Assembly (NCBI GenBank): GCA_020724865.1 | Contig: DYGA01000001.1 | Span: 196,624 to 260,623, forward strand | DNA length: 64,000 bases | From: Candidatus Paceibacter sp. | GTDB taxonomy: Bacteria; Patescibacteriota; Patescibacteriia; S139-126 | Direction: 5' to 3' | Shown: piece after piece, positions 46,750 to 57,512 of the stretch | How positions within the stretch are numbered: position 1 is the first letter of the stretch | How the letters are laid out: every line of letters starts with the position of its first letter | Notes under the pieces: model-generated | The model's input: the letters and a program-made list of their open reading frames with translations, nothing else | What the model was told of the DNA's origin: nothing | The model's database searches: none | Position numbers and translations under genes: made by a program

Positions 46750-47011
46750 TGTGGAAAAGTTGTTGGTATATATTTTTTGATAAAAGTAATAAATTTGTTT
46801 TTTTAGCTAAAAATAAAGAAAAATTTACAAATATTGACTTAATTCTAATTTTAGTATCAAAAGCTTGACTAAAAACATATTTTTTGTTAAAGTTATCACA
46901 TCGTGTTATTGTTGGTAAATATTTTAGCTAACCTTACACAAATTGTGTTGATTTATCTAGCTTAAATTAAATATTAAAAAACTCTTTTCTCTTTGGAAAG
47001 GAGTCATTTTT

Positions 47012-50000
47012 ATGTCTGTAAAAACTCCATTATTAAAAGAAAGAAAATATTTTACTAAATATAAACAGGTATTAAAACTCCCTGATTTAATTGAAGTGCA
47101 GAAACAATCATACCGTTGGTTTTTTGATGAAGGTTTAAAAGAGCTTTTTTCTGAAATTAATCCAATTAAAGATTTTATCGGTAGAGATTTGGAACTTTAT
47201 TTTACAGATTATTATTTAGATGATCCTAAGTTTGACGAGCAAACTGCCAAGGAAAAAAATGTAACTTATGAATCTCCTCTTCGAACCCAAGTGCGATTAG
47301 TCAATAAAAGAACTGGTGAAACCAAGGAACAGGAAATATATCTTGGTGATTTCCCTTTGATGACTGATCGTGGAACTTTTATTATTAATGGCATTGAAAG
47401 AGTAGTTGTTTCCCAACTGATTAGAAGTGCTGGTGTTTTTTTTACAACTAATGTGATACGTAGTCGCAAATATTATGGAGCAAAAATTATTCCTAATCGC
47501 GGGGCTTGGTTGGAAATTGAAACAGATATTAACGATGTTTTATATGTTAAGATTGATCGCAAAAGAAAAGTGCCAATCACTGCGCTGCTTCGAGCTTTTG
47601 GTTTTGGTACAGACGAAGAAATTATCAATTTATTTAAAGATGTAGATAATGACCCTCATCATCAGTTTATTAAATCTACTTTAGAGAAAGATATAACCAA
47701 AAATGAAGATGAAGGTTTAATCGAAGTTTATAAACGCATTCGTCCCGGTGATTTGGCGACCGCTGAAAATGCCAAAAGTTTGATTCATGCTATGTTTTTT
47801 AGATTTGATCGTTATGACTTTGGTCGAGTTGGTAGATATAAGTTGAATCAACGTTTCAATATGCAGGTTGATAATACTCCTGAAAATCGTGTTTTAAGAC
47901 GCGAAGATTTGATCATGATTATTAAAGAAATAATTAGATTAAATATTTTACAAGAGCCGGCTGATGATATTGATCATTTGGGTAATCGTCGGGTTAGAGC
48001 TGTTGGTGAATTGATACAAAATAAATTTAGGGTTGGCATGACTCGTATGGAACGTATTGTTAGAGATAGAATGTCAACTTTGGATATCAATACTTTAACA
48101 CCAAATCAGTTAATAAATGCTCGACCTTTAATTGGCGCGATTAAAGAATTTTTCATGTCTTCTCAATTATCTCAGTTTATGGATCAGACAAATCCATTAG
48201 CTGAATTGGAACATAAAAGACGTTTGTCTGCTATGGGTCCAGGTGGACTTTCTCGAGAAAGAGCTGGTTTTGAAGTTAGAGATGTTCATCAAACTCATTA
48301 TGGTAGAATTTGTCCAATTGCTACTCCTGAAGGTCCAAACATTGGTTTAGTTGGTCACTTAGCAAGTTATGCTCGAGTAAATGAATTTGGCTTTATTGAA
48401 ACACCTTATCGTAAGATTATAAAAGAGGTAATTAATGATCCTAAATATACGATTAATGAAATTGTGAGAGAGGATATTGTTGATCCAAAAACCAATAAAG
48501 TTATTTTGAAAAAAGGAGATAAAATTACCAAAGAGTCAGCTCAAATTTTAGCTAAAAGTGGAGTTAAAAAAGTATTGATTAAACCCAGGGTAACTGATGA
48601 AATTGAATATTTTGATGCTTTTTCTGAGGATCGTATAACTACAGTTCCGGCAACTGTTAAAACGGATAGTAATGGATATTTTATTGATCAATGGGTTGAG
48701 GCCAGAGTTGGTCAAAAACCGACTATAGTTGAAGCAGATGCCGTTGATTATATGGATGTATCCCCCAAACAAATTTTATCAGTATCTACTTCTCTTATTC
48801 CTTTTGTTGAGCATGATGATGCGGTTAGAGCATTGATGGGTACAAATATGCAACGGCAAGCCGTTTCAGTTGTCAAACCAGAAGCGCCAATAGTAGGCAC
48901 CGGCGTTGAGCGTCGTGCCGCCAATGATTCAGGTCATACTATTATTTCCGAAGAAGATGGAGAAGTAGTTGAAGTTGATGCTCAGCACATTGTGGTAAAA
49001 AATAAATCGGGTAAAAATAAAGAGTATCGCTTGGGTAAGTTTTTACGCTCCAATGCTTCAACTTGTATGAATCAAATAGTTACCGTTGATTTAGGACAAA
49101 AGGTGAAAGCCGGCGACGTTTTAGCCGATGGACCGGCAACCCAAGGTGGCGAATTAGCATTAGGACAAAATATGCTGGTGGCTTTTATGACTTGGGAAGG
49201 CGGTAACTATGAAGATGCTGTATTAATTTCAGAAAAAGTAGTACGAGATGATCGTTACAGTTCAATTCATATTACTGATTATACAATTGATGTCCGTGAT
49301 ACCAAATTAGGTCCTGAAGTTATTACTCGTGACATACCAAATGTTGGTGATGAAAAATTAAAAGATCTTGATGAGGATGGTATTATCCGTATTGGTGCCG
49401 AGGTGTCCTCGGGTGATATATTAGTTGGAAAAATTACCCCTAAAGGTGAAACAGAACTTTCTGCTGAAGAGAAATTATTGCGAGCAATTTTTGGTGAGAA
49501 AGCCAAAGATGTTAGAGATTCTTCTTTATATTTAGAGCATGGTGAACATGGTAAAGTTGTTGATATTAAAGTATTTTCTCGAGAGAATGGAGATAAATTA
49601 CCTGCTGGTGTTATTAAAACTATTCAGGTTTCAGTCGCTTCGTTACGTAAAGTACAAGTTGGCGATAAAATGGCTGGACGGCATGGAAACAAGGGCGTGA
49701 TTTCTCGCATTGTTCCGGTAGAGGATATGCCATTTTTACCGGATGGTACCCCGATAGATATTATGTTGAATCCTTTAGGTATTGTGTCTCGTATGAATTT
49801 AGGACAATTACTTGAAGTTCATCTTGGTTATGCTGCTTATAAGTTGGGTTATAATGTTGCTTCGCCTTCATTGGACGGTGTAACTATTGAAGAAATTAAA
49901 TCTGAGTTAGCCAAAGCCGGTTTACCTGAAGACGGAAAGATTCAGTTATATGATGGACGTACTGGTCGACCATTTCAGAATAAAACTACTGTGGGCATAA

Positions 50001-50395
50001 TGTATATGTTAAAACTAAACCATTTGGTTGAAGATAAAATTCATCAACGTTCAATTGGCCCTTATTCATTGGTTACCCAGCAACCTTTGGGCGGCAAGGC
50101 TCAATTTGGTGGACAACGTTTTGGTGAAATGGAGGTTTGGGCTTTGGAAGCTTATGGCGCTGCTTACAGTTTACAAGAAATGTTAACTATAAAATCTGAT
50201 GATGTGCCGGGTAGAAGCAAGGCTTATGAGTCAATTATTAAGGGAGAGCCAATTGAAAAATTAAATATACCAGAATCATTTAATGTATTAGTCAGAGAAC
50301 TGAAAGGTTTAGGTTTGGAAGTTGAATTGTTGAAAGATGGCCGAGTAGTTCAAACTAACAGTGAAACCGAAGATAAAAAGGTTAGAAAAAAGTAA
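47012..50395 (+). CDS. rpoB: DNA-directed RNA polymerase beta subunit.
   Basis: It is 1127 aa and contains conserved blocks such as [17 protein letters not shown]-like and [13 protein letters not shown]. Confidence 0.95.
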   Translation: MSVKTPLLKERKYFTKYKQVLKLPDLIEVQKQSYRWFFDEGLKELFSEINPIKDFIGRDLELYFTDYYLDDPKFDEQTAKEKNVTYESPLRTQVRLVNKRTGETKEQEIYLGDFPLMTDRGTFIINGIERVVVSQLIRSAGVFFTTNVIRSRKYYGAKIIPNRGAWLEIETDINDVLYVKIDRKRKVPITALLRAFGFGTDEEIINLFKDVDNDPHHQFIKSTLEKDITKNEDEGLIEVYKRIRPGDLATAENAKSLIHAMFFRFDRYDFGRVGRYKLNQRFNMQVDNTPENRVLRREDLIMIIKEIIRLNILQEPADDIDHLGNRRVRAVGELIQNKFRVGMTRMERIVRDRMSTLDINTLTPNQLINARPLIGAIKEFFMSSQLSQFMDQTNPLAELEHKRRLSAMGPGGLSRERAGFEVRDVHQTHYGRICPIATPEGPNIGLVGHLASYARVNEFGFIETPYRKIIKEVINDPKYTINEIVREDIVDPKTNKVILKKGDKITKESAQILAKSGVKKVLIKPRVTDEIEYFDAFSEDRITTVPATVKTDSNGYFIDQWVEARVGQKPTIVEADAVDYMDVSPKQILSVSTSLIPFVEHDDAVRALMGTNMQRQAVSVVKPEAPIVGTGVERRAANDSGHTIISEEDGEVVEVDAQHIVVKNKSGKNKEYRLGKFLRSNASTCMNQIVTVDLGQKVKAGDVLADGPATQGGELALGQNMLVAFMTWEGGNYEDAVLISEKVVRDDRYSSIHITDYTIDVRDTKLGPEVITRDIPNVGDEKLKDLDEDGIIRIGAEVSSGDILVGKITPKGETELSAEEKLLRAIFGEKAKDVRDSSLYLEHGEHGKVVDIKVFSRENGDKLPAGVIKTIQVSVASLRKVQVGDKMAGRHGNKGVISRIVPVEDMPFLPDGTPIDIMLNPLGIVSRMNLGQLLEVHLGYAAYKLGYNVASPSLDGVTIEEIKSELAKAGLPEDGKIQLYDGRTGRPFQNKTTVGIMYMLKLNHLVEDKIHQRSIGPYSLVTQQPLGGKAQFGGQRFGEMEVWALEAYGAAYSLQEMLTIKSDDVPGRSKAYESIIKGEPIEKLNIPESFNVLVRELKGLGLEVELLKDGRVVQTNSETEDKKVRKK

Positions 50396-50413
50396 AGTTA
50401 CTAAAAAATATTT

Positions 50414-53400
50414 ATGTCACATCCCTCAACAACTAAAACAATTTCAACTCTTTTTCATGAAGGTGGCAAGGAATTGGAATTCAATGCTATAAGGCTGAAG
50501 CTAGCTTCGCCCGATGATATACATCGTTGGTCAAAAGGAGAAGTTACTAAACCGGAGACAATTAATTATCGTACACAAAAGCCAGAAAAAGATGGTTTAT
50601 TTTGTGAAAGAATTTTTGGTCCCACTAAAGATTGGGAATGTTATTGTGGTAAATACAAAAAAATTAGATATAAAGGAATAGTTTGTGATAAGTGTGGCGT
50701 GGAAGTTACTAGAAGTTTTGTTCGTCGAGAAAGAATGGGGCATATTGATTTAGCAGCGCCAGTAGCGCATATCTGGTTTTTACGGGGCATTCCTTCCCGA
50801 ATTGGTTTGATGCTTGATATGTCAGCTCAAGAGTTGGAAAAAGTAGTTTACTTTGCCAATTTTATTATTACTGATGTTGATGAATCTCAAAAATCCCAGT
50901 TATTGGAACAAATTGGTAATGAATTAAAAGGTAAACAAAAGAGTATTGAAGCTGAAACTAGGCAGGCTCTTGAAAATTTAAATAAGGAAAAAGCCAAAGC
51001 TTTTGCGGATATAAATAAAGAAACTATTAAATATAAAAAATTAGTAGAAGATTTTTCCAACAGAGAAGCTTTGATTTTGGAAAATAAAAATAAAAAATTA
51101 AAAGAGTTGGAAAAAGCTGTTAAAATTGCCCGTCGGGAATTAGAAGAACTAACAGTGAAAAAGGTGATATCCGAGCATACTTATCAAGATTTGTCTTTAA
51201 AGTACGGTCATATTTTTGAAGCTTATATTGGTGCTGAAGCGATACGTAAAATTTTAAGCACCATTGATTTGTCCGCAATGGCTAAACAGTTGGAAACTGA
51301 AGTTATTGAAGCTCATGGGGCAAAAAGAAAAAAAATTTATCGCCGCTTACAATTGGTTAAAAGTTTAATCCGTAATAATATTCGTCCGGAAGATATGATA
51401 TTGACCGTTATTCCGGTAATTCCTCCTGATCTTAGGCCAATGGTACCTTTGGACGGCGGACGTTTTGCTACTTCTGATTTAAATGATTTATATCGTCGGG
51501 TAATTAATCGTAACAACCGGTTAAAAAGATTGATTGATTTGAATGCTCCAGAAGTAATTCAAAGAAATGAAAAAAGAATGTTACAGGAAGCTGTTGATGC
51601 TTTGATTGATAATTCCGCTAGACACGGTAAAACTGTCACCGCTTCTACTGGGCAAAAACGTCAGTTAAAATCCATCGCTGATATGTTAAAGGGTAAGCAA
51701 GGACGTTTCCGTCAAAATTTACTTGGTAAAAGAGTTGATTATTCCGGTCGTAGCGTAATTGTGGCTGGCCCTCATTTAAAGATGCATCAATGCGGTATTC
51801 CTAAAATGATGGCTTTGGAATTATTTAAACCTTTTGTCATATCTAAATTAATTCAAGCTGAATATGTCCATAATGTACGGAGTGCCAATAGATATATTGA
51901 AGCTGGGCATCCCGAAGTTTGGGATATATTAGAAAATATTACTAACAACAGTCACGTAATGTTGAATCGTGCGCCTACTTTACATCGGTTAGGTATTCAA
52001 GCTTTCCAACCAGTTTTAATTGAAGGTAAAGCCATACAACTTCATCCTTTAGTTTGCACAGCGTTCAATGCTGACTTTGACGGCGATCAAATGGCTGTGC
52101 ATGTGCCTTTGACGGAAGAGGCAAAACAAGAAGCCGCTGAAATTATGTTGTCAGCGAAGAATTTATTAAAACCAGCGACCGGTGACCCAGTAGTTACCCC
52201 TAATCAAGATATTGTTTGGGGTGCATATTATATGACTTATATAAACCCTTATGAGGATGAGAAAAAAATAAAATATTATGCCTCTTTTACTGAAGCGAAA
52301 ATGGCTTATGATTCTGATAAAATAAATTTACGCGATGCTATAAAAGTTAAGATTGATAATAAATTTGTTATCACTTCGGTTGGCAGAATTTTGTTTAATG
52401 AAGTAATGCCCGAAGGATTTACTTTTATTAATCAGTTGGTTGATAAAAAAGTTATTCGAGGTATTGTTAGTGATATTATTGATAATTATGGTTTTACAGT
52501 AGCGGCTAAGACTTTTGATGATATTAAAGATTTAGCATTCAATTATATTACTCAATCCGGTTGGTCTTGGGGAATGGATGATTTACAAGTATCTGAAGAA
52601 AAAAATAAAATAATAACTGAAGCTGAAGAAAAAGTTAAACAAATTTTTTCTCAATATGAGCAAGGTTTATTGACTAATGAGGAACGTAGACAAAAAGTTA
52701 TTGATGTTTGGACAGATGTAAAAAATAAAGTTACTGCTGAAGGGAAAAAGGTGATTGATAAAAATGGCCCAGTAAGTTCTATGATTGAATCAGGCGCTCG
52801 AGGTTCCTGGGGGCAGTTAACGCAAATTATTGGTATGAAAGGTTTAGTTATCAATCCGGCCGGTGATATTATTGAATTGCCAGTTAAATCAAACTTCAAA
52901 GAAGGTTTTGATGTTTTGGAATATTTTATTTCTACGCATGGCGCTCGCAAAGGATTATCTGATACTGCTTTAAGAACAGCTAATGCTGGTTATTTAACTA
53001 GAAGATTGATTGATGTTGCTCAAGATATTGTTGTTCAAGAAGAAGATTGTGGTGATGAAGAAGGGACTTTGCTTACCAAGGCTGATTCGGAAAATATGGG
53101 TGAAAATATTGCCAATCGTTTATTTGGCAGAGTCGTTTTAGAAAATATTAAAGATAAAGACGGTAAGATAATAGTTAAAAAAGGAGAAGCGGTTGGTAAA
53201 GCTCAGGTGAAAAAAATTCTCGATTTAAATCTTGAACAAATTAAAATCAGATCAGTTTATAGTTGTCGTTCTTTACATGGTATTTGTGCTAAATGTTATG
53301 GGTTTGACTTGGCTTATAATGAACCAGTTAAAATCGGAACTGCCGTAGGTATTATGGCTGCTCAATCAATTGGTGAGCCTGGTACGCAGCTTACTATGCG

Positions 53401-54328
53401 CACTTTTCATACCGGTGGTGTAGCTGGCGAATCTGATGTAACTCAAGGATTGCCCAGAGTCGAAGAAATTTTTGAAGCCAGAAGCCCTAAAAAGAAAGCT
53501 TTCATGTGCGATGTTAGGGGTAAGGTTTCGATAGAAAGGCAACCCAAACAAAAAATAGTTAGAGTTTCTTTTGATGAGCCGCAAGTTATTACCTATAAAC
53601 TGGATGATTTTCAGAATATTAAATTGCGAGTAAAAGATAAAGATGAGGTAGCAGCTGGTGATACTATTTTAGTGAGTAGTGACCGTAAAATAAAAGCAGA
53701 TTTTTCCGGTCATGTTAAAGTTACCAAAGATGAAGTTATTTTAGTTGGTGATAAGGGCAGTGTTAAAGAATGGATTATACCAAACGCTTATAATTTGGTA
53801 ATTGAAGATGGTCAGTTGATAAATGTTGGCGATCCTATCACTGAAGGATCACTTGATTTACATGATTTGTATCGTTTAAAAGGAAAAGAAGCTGTGCAAA
53901 AATATATTTTAAAAGAAATACAATTTATTTATACTTCTCAAGGGCAGAATTTGAATGATAAACATATTGAAATAATTATTCGTCAGATGTTTTCTCGAAT
54001 TATGGTTAAAGATCCCGGTGATACCAATTTATTAACAGGTGAAATAGTTGAAAGTTGGGTGTTTAGACAAGCCAATGAAAGTTTGAAAAAAGGAAAAACT
54101 CCAGCTAAAGGTGAAGAACTATTGCTTGGTATTACAAAATCCTCATTGACGGTTGAATCTTGGTTATCAGCTGCTTCTTTTCAAGAAACTGCCAGAGTAT
54201 TGATTAATGCAGCTGTTACTGGACAAGTTGATTATTTGCGAGGACTTAAAGAAAATGTGATTATTGGTCGCTTGATTCCAGCTGGGACTGGTTTTGGTAA
54301 ATATCAAAAACCCAAGCGTATAGAGTAA
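50414..54328 (+). CDS. rpoC: DNA-directed RNA polymerase beta-prime subunit.
   Basis: It is 1304 aa. The zinc finger CYCGKYKKIRYKGIVCDKCGV, the catalytic NADFDGDQMAVH and the trigger-loop and bridge-helix regions are present. Confidence 0.95.
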   Translation: MSHPSTTKTISTLFHEGGKELEFNAIRLKLASPDDIHRWSKGEVTKPETINYRTQKPEKDGLFCERIFGPTKDWECYCGKYKKIRYKGIVCDKCGVEVTRSFVRRERMGHIDLAAPVAHIWFLRGIPSRIGLMLDMSAQELEKVVYFANFIITDVDESQKSQLLEQIGNELKGKQKSIEAETRQALENLNKEKAKAFADINKETIKYKKLVEDFSNREALILENKNKKLKELEKAVKIARRELEELTVKKVISEHTYQDLSLKYGHIFEAYIGAEAIRKILSTIDLSAMAKQLETEVIEAHGAKRKKIYRRLQLVKSLIRNNIRPEDMILTVIPVIPPDLRPMVPLDGGRFATSDLNDLYRRVINRNNRLKRLIDLNAPEVIQRNEKRMLQEAVDALIDNSARHGKTVTASTGQKRQLKSIADMLKGKQGRFRQNLLGKRVDYSGRSVIVAGPHLKMHQCGIPKMMALELFKPFVISKLIQAEYVHNVRSANRYIEAGHPEVWDILENITNNSHVMLNRAPTLHRLGIQAFQPVLIEGKAIQLHPLVCTAFNADFDGDQMAVHVPLTEEAKQEAAEIMLSAKNLLKPATGDPVVTPNQDIVWGAYYMTYINPYEDEKKIKYYASFTEAKMAYDSDKINLRDAIKVKIDNKFVITSVGRILFNEVMPEGFTFINQLVDKKVIRGIVSDIIDNYGFTVAAKTFDDIKDLAFNYITQSGWSWGMDDLQVSEEKNKIITEAEEKVKQIFSQYEQGLLTNEERRQKVIDVWTDVKNKVTAEGKKVIDKNGPVSSMIESGARGSWGQLTQIIGMKGLVINPAGDIIELPVKSNFKEGFDVLEYFISTHGARKGLSDTALRTANAGYLTRRLIDVAQDIVVQEEDCGDEEGTLLTKADSENMGENIANRLFGRVVLENIKDKDGKIIVKKGEAVGKAQVKKILDLNLEQIKIRSVYSCRSLHGICAKCYGFDLAYNEPVKIGTAVGIMAAQSIGEPGTQLTMRTFHTGGVAGESDVTQGLPRVEEIFEARSPKKKAFMCDVRGKVSIERQPKQKIVRVSFDEPQVITYKLDDFQNIKLRVKDKDEVAAGDTILVSSDRKIKADFSGHVKVTKDEVILVGDKGSVKEWIIPNAYNLVIEDGQLINVGDPITEGSLDLHDLYRLKGKEAVQKYILKEIQFIYTSQGQNLNDKHIEIIIRQMFSRIMVKDPGDTNLLTGEIVESWVFRQANESLKKGKTPAKGEELLLGITKSSLTVESWLSAASFQETARVLINAAVTGQVDYLRGLKENVIIGRLIPAGTGFGKYQKPKRIE

Positions 54329-54352
54329 TTTTGATTTTGATCTTTTTAGATA

Positions 54353-54392
54353 TAAAAAATAATCCCGCCCAAAATGGCGGGATTATTTTTAT
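54353..54392. terminator. Bidirectional terminator between rpoC and trpS.
   Basis: A 9-bp stem AATCCCGCC/GGCGGGATT with loop CAAAAT is flanked by A-runs and T-runs. Confidence 0.7.
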
Positions 54393-54403
54393 ATAAATAA
54401 ATT

Positions 54404-55384
54404 TTATATGAAACCAACCAATTTTTTAATTTCTATTAAATTTTTACTAGCAATTTCTCTAGCTTTTTCGGCACCGATTTTTAAAATTGTTTTAACGGCT
54501 TGGTCAGAAATATTGTTATAATTATTTTGTATTGGTTTGAGAGTTTGGTTGATGGCATCACTTACAGCTGTTTTTAAATCAGAATATTTTAATTTTCCTT
54601 GTTTATATTCTTTTTGTAAATTTTGGTAGGTTTCTTTTTGTTCCAAGTAATCCAATAGATCAAAAAGATTTTTTACGCCGGGTGACATCTTATTTTCTTG
54701 CGGGCCCATATCGGTTACTGCCCGCGCAACCTTTTTTATCACTATATTAGGTTCGTCTAGTAGGGAAATATAATTTGCCTCCCCTAGCTCTTTACTCATC
54801 TTTTTATCTGGGTTTTGTAAGGACATTATTTTTTTAGCGGGAGTAATTAGAGCTTGTGGCTCAATAAAAAATTGCCCGTAGCGTTGATTAAATTTTCTAG
54901 CAATCAACCTTGTAAGTTCTAAATGTTGTAATTGATCTTCTCCAACTGGGACTGCTTGCGCTTGATACAGTAATATATCGGCCGCCATTAGAGCTGGGTA
55001 ATCAAACAAACCCATATTTACATTTTGTTTGTGTGTTTTAGCTTTATCTTTATATTGAGTCATGCGTTCCATTTCTGCCACTGGTACAAGACAATTAAAA
55101 ATCCATGCCAGCTCGGTGTGTTCTGGCACCTGCGATTGAACAAATAGCGTTGCTATATCTGGATTTATTCCTAAGGCCAATAATATTTTAGCTGTAATAA
55201 TAGTATTTTGTTTTAAGATTTTTGGCTCAATAGCAATGGTAATAGCATGGTAGTCAACTACCGAATAAATTCCTTGATAGCTGGTTTGTAGTTCTACCCA
55301 ATTTTTTAATGCCCCCAAGTAATTACCCAGATGAGGAATGCCGGTTGGTTTAATGCCGGAAAAGAGTGTTTTTGTTTGTTTCAT
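54404..55384 (-). CDS. trpS: Tryptophan--tRNA ligase.
   Basis: The HIGH-type motif GIKPTGIPHLGNYLGA and the KMSKS-type motif KMSKELG are present. It is 326 aa. Confidence 0.85.
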   Translation of the reverse strand: MKQTKTLFSGIKPTGIPHLGNYLGALKNWVELQTSYQGIYSVVDYHAITIAIEPKILKQNTIITAKILLALGINPDIATLFVQSQVPEHTELAWIFNCLVPVAEMERMTQYKDKAKTHKQNVNMGLFDYPALMAADILLYQAQAVPVGEDQLQHLELTRLIARKFNQRYGQFFIEPQALITPAKKIMSLQNPDKKMSKELGEANYISLLDEPNIVIKKVARAVTDMGPQENKMSPGVKNLFDLLDYLEQKETYQNLQKEYKQGKLKYSDLKTAVSDAINQTLKPIQNNYNNISDQAVKTILKIGAEKAREIASKNLIEIKKLVGFI

Positions 55385-55457
55385 AAAGACAACTTAACAT
55401 TTTTTATAATTTTTTTCAAACAAAAAATAACTCGATATAGTCGAGTTATTTTTCTAT

Positions 55458-57314
55458 TTAAACCTCAATGATGACTGGCAAAATTAGAGGTCTTCTTTCA
55501 GTTTTTTGGAATAAGAATTTACCCAAATCATTTCTTAGTTTTTCTTTGAGGAAGCTTTGATTGGCACTGGTTCGGGGGTCTTTGTCTTTTAAAATTTCTT
55601 TGGCTTTTTTGCGGGTGTCTTCAACCAATTTTTTATTTTCTTTCATATAGATAAAACCTCTAGAAATAATGTCGGGATTGCCAATTAGTCCACCAGTTTT
55701 ACTATCAACCGTAGCAATTATTACCAGCATACCTTCGCCGGCCATTACTTGACGGTCTCTAAGAACTACATTGGAAATATCGCCAACTCCTAGTCCGTCT
55801 ACAAATACATAATCTGTATTGATAGTGCCATGAATAATATTTGGTTTATTATTGTAAAGTTCAAAAATTGAACCATTATCAAGGACAAAAACTTTATTTT
55901 GAGCAAAACCTTCTTGATATGCCAATTTAGCCGCTTCTTTTAAAAAGTAATGATTAGCATAAACTGGTAAAAAGTAATCAGGTTTTATTTCCCGGAGCAT
56001 TTCTTTGATATCTGGTATGGAACTATGTCCAGAGGAGTGAACATCCATAATATCAGAGTGGATTACATTGTCACTTAAACGATATAGGTTGTCTTTTAAT
56101 CTTTGGATTGATCTTTCGTTGCCAGGAATAACTGATGAAGAGAAAACTATGGTATCTGTTTTTTGGATTTTAATATATTTATGTGAGCCTTGGATAATAC
56201 GATGTAAAACAGCTTGGCTTTCGCCTTGAGCCCCAGTACAAATAACAACAATTTTTTTATCCGGATAATCAGCTATACGATCTATTGTTATCAGTGTATC
56301 TTTTTTGATTTTTATATAACCCAATTCTTTGGCAACTTCAACATTTAAACGCATACTATAACCATCCAGAGCAACTTTTTTCCCAATTTTTTCTGCATAT
56401 TCCAAAATTTCTTTAATGCGTTGAATTTGTGAGGAAAAAGTAGCAATAATTGTTCTACCCTTAGCTTCGGAAATTATTTTTTGTAGGTTTTCATGCATTA
56501 ATTTTTCTGAAATTCTTTGTTTTTGCGTAGTGGAACCTAAGCTTTCTAACATCAGAATTGATGGCCTTTTTACTTTAGCCAGATGATGATAGGTAATTGG
56601 TTGACCGCGCATCGGATCTTTTTCCAAAGCCCAATCGCCAGGATGAATCACAGTGCCTTGAGGCGTTTCTAAAGTTATTCCCATAGCGTCCATAATAGAA
56701 TGTTCCACTTGAAAAAAACCGACACGAAAACCGCCTAAAGTAATTTTTTGTTCAAGATTTTTTATGGCTAATGTTTTTAGTTTTTGAGAGGAACCTTTTT
56801 TATAATCTTCTTGTCTATGTTTAACTAGAGCCAAGGTCAAATCCCGACCAATAATTAAAGGATTACCCAGTTTTTCTAATAAAATTGGGGCTGCACCAAT
56901 ATGATCTAAATGTCCATGACTAAATATTACTGCTCGAATATTTTTTTCTTTGCCTTTTAAATAAGAAATGTTGGGAATAATATAATCAATCCCTGGCATG
57001 TCTTCTTCTGGAAATTGTAATCCCATATCCAAAATAACAATATCTTGACCATATTCAAATACAGTCATATTTCGGCCCACTTCTTCTTGACCGCCCAAAG
57101 GTATAATACGTAATTTTTTTTCTGATTTAACAAGCTTAGTATCAAGAATTTTAGTTGGTTTTTTGCTGGCGGCAGCAGTCAATGGTTTGTCATAATGTTT
57201 ATGACGGTTAAATGATTTTCGCTTGGTTCGATTTTGGTTGTTTTGTTTTTTTTGTTTTTTAGCCGAACTGGCAAGTAAATTGCTAGTGGTATCAGCTAGT
57301 GCATTCGCATTCAT
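55458..57314 (-). CDS. rnj: Ribonuclease J with a ~70-aa basic N-terminal extension.
   Basis: The core starts LRIIPLGGQEEVGRNMTVFEY. The MBL motif HGHLDHIGA and beta-CASP and C-terminal domains are present. The N-terminus is K/R-rich low complexity. Confidence 0.85.
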   Translation of the reverse strand: MNANALADTTSNLLASSAKKQKKQNNQNRTKRKSFNRHKHYDKPLTAAASKKPTKILDTKLVKSEKKLRIIPLGGQEEVGRNMTVFEYGQDIVILDMGLQFPEEDMPGIDYIIPNISYLKGKEKNIRAVIFSHGHLDHIGAAPILLEKLGNPLIIGRDLTLALVKHRQEDYKKGSSQKLKTLAIKNLEQKITLGGFRVGFFQVEHSIMDAMGITLETPQGTVIHPGDWALEKDPMRGQPITYHHLAKVKRPSILMLESLGSTTQKQRISEKLMHENLQKIISEAKGRTIIATFSSQIQRIKEILEYAEKIGKKVALDGYSMRLNVEVAKELGYIKIKKDTLITIDRIADYPDKKIVVICTGAQGESQAVLHRIIQGSHKYIKIQKTDTIVFSSSVIPGNERSIQRLKDNLYRLSDNVIHSDIMDVHSSGHSSIPDIKEMLREIKPDYFLPVYANHYFLKEAAKLAYQEGFAQNKVFVLDNGSIFELYNNKPNIIHGTINTDYVFVDGLGVGDISNVVLRDRQVMAGEGMLVIIATVDSKTGGLIGNPDIISRGFIYMKENKKLVEDTRKKAKEILKDKDPRTSANQSFLKEKLRNDLGKFLFQKTERRPLILPVIIEV

Positions 57315-57402
57315 AAATTTTTTAATTTAAATTAATTATTATTAGTTAATTTTATTTATTTTTAAATAATTTAGTTTATTTAATATATTTAAAAATGATT
57401 AT

Positions 57403-57489
57403 TGGTGGGCACGAGAGGAGTCGAACCTCCAAGGGATTTCTCCCACTAGCTCCTGAAGCTAGCGTGTCTGCCAATTCCACCACGTGCCC
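57403..57489 (-). tRNA. tRNA-Leu (anticodon CAG), type II with a long variable arm and encoded CCA.
   Basis: The acceptor GGGCACG pairs with CGTGCCC. The anticodon stem CTAGC/GCTAG carries the loop TTCAGGA. The variable arm is GGGAGAAATCCC. Confidence 0.8.
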
Positions 57490-57512
57490 CTTAAATAAAT
57501 TAAATAAGTATT

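Noticed and set aside
57403-57490. An extra G immediately 5' of the tRNA at 57403-57489, suggesting a tRNA-His-like G-1.
   Set aside because: The anticodon loop is TTCAGGA (CAG) and there is a long variable arm, so this is tRNA-Leu. The upstream G is genomic context only.
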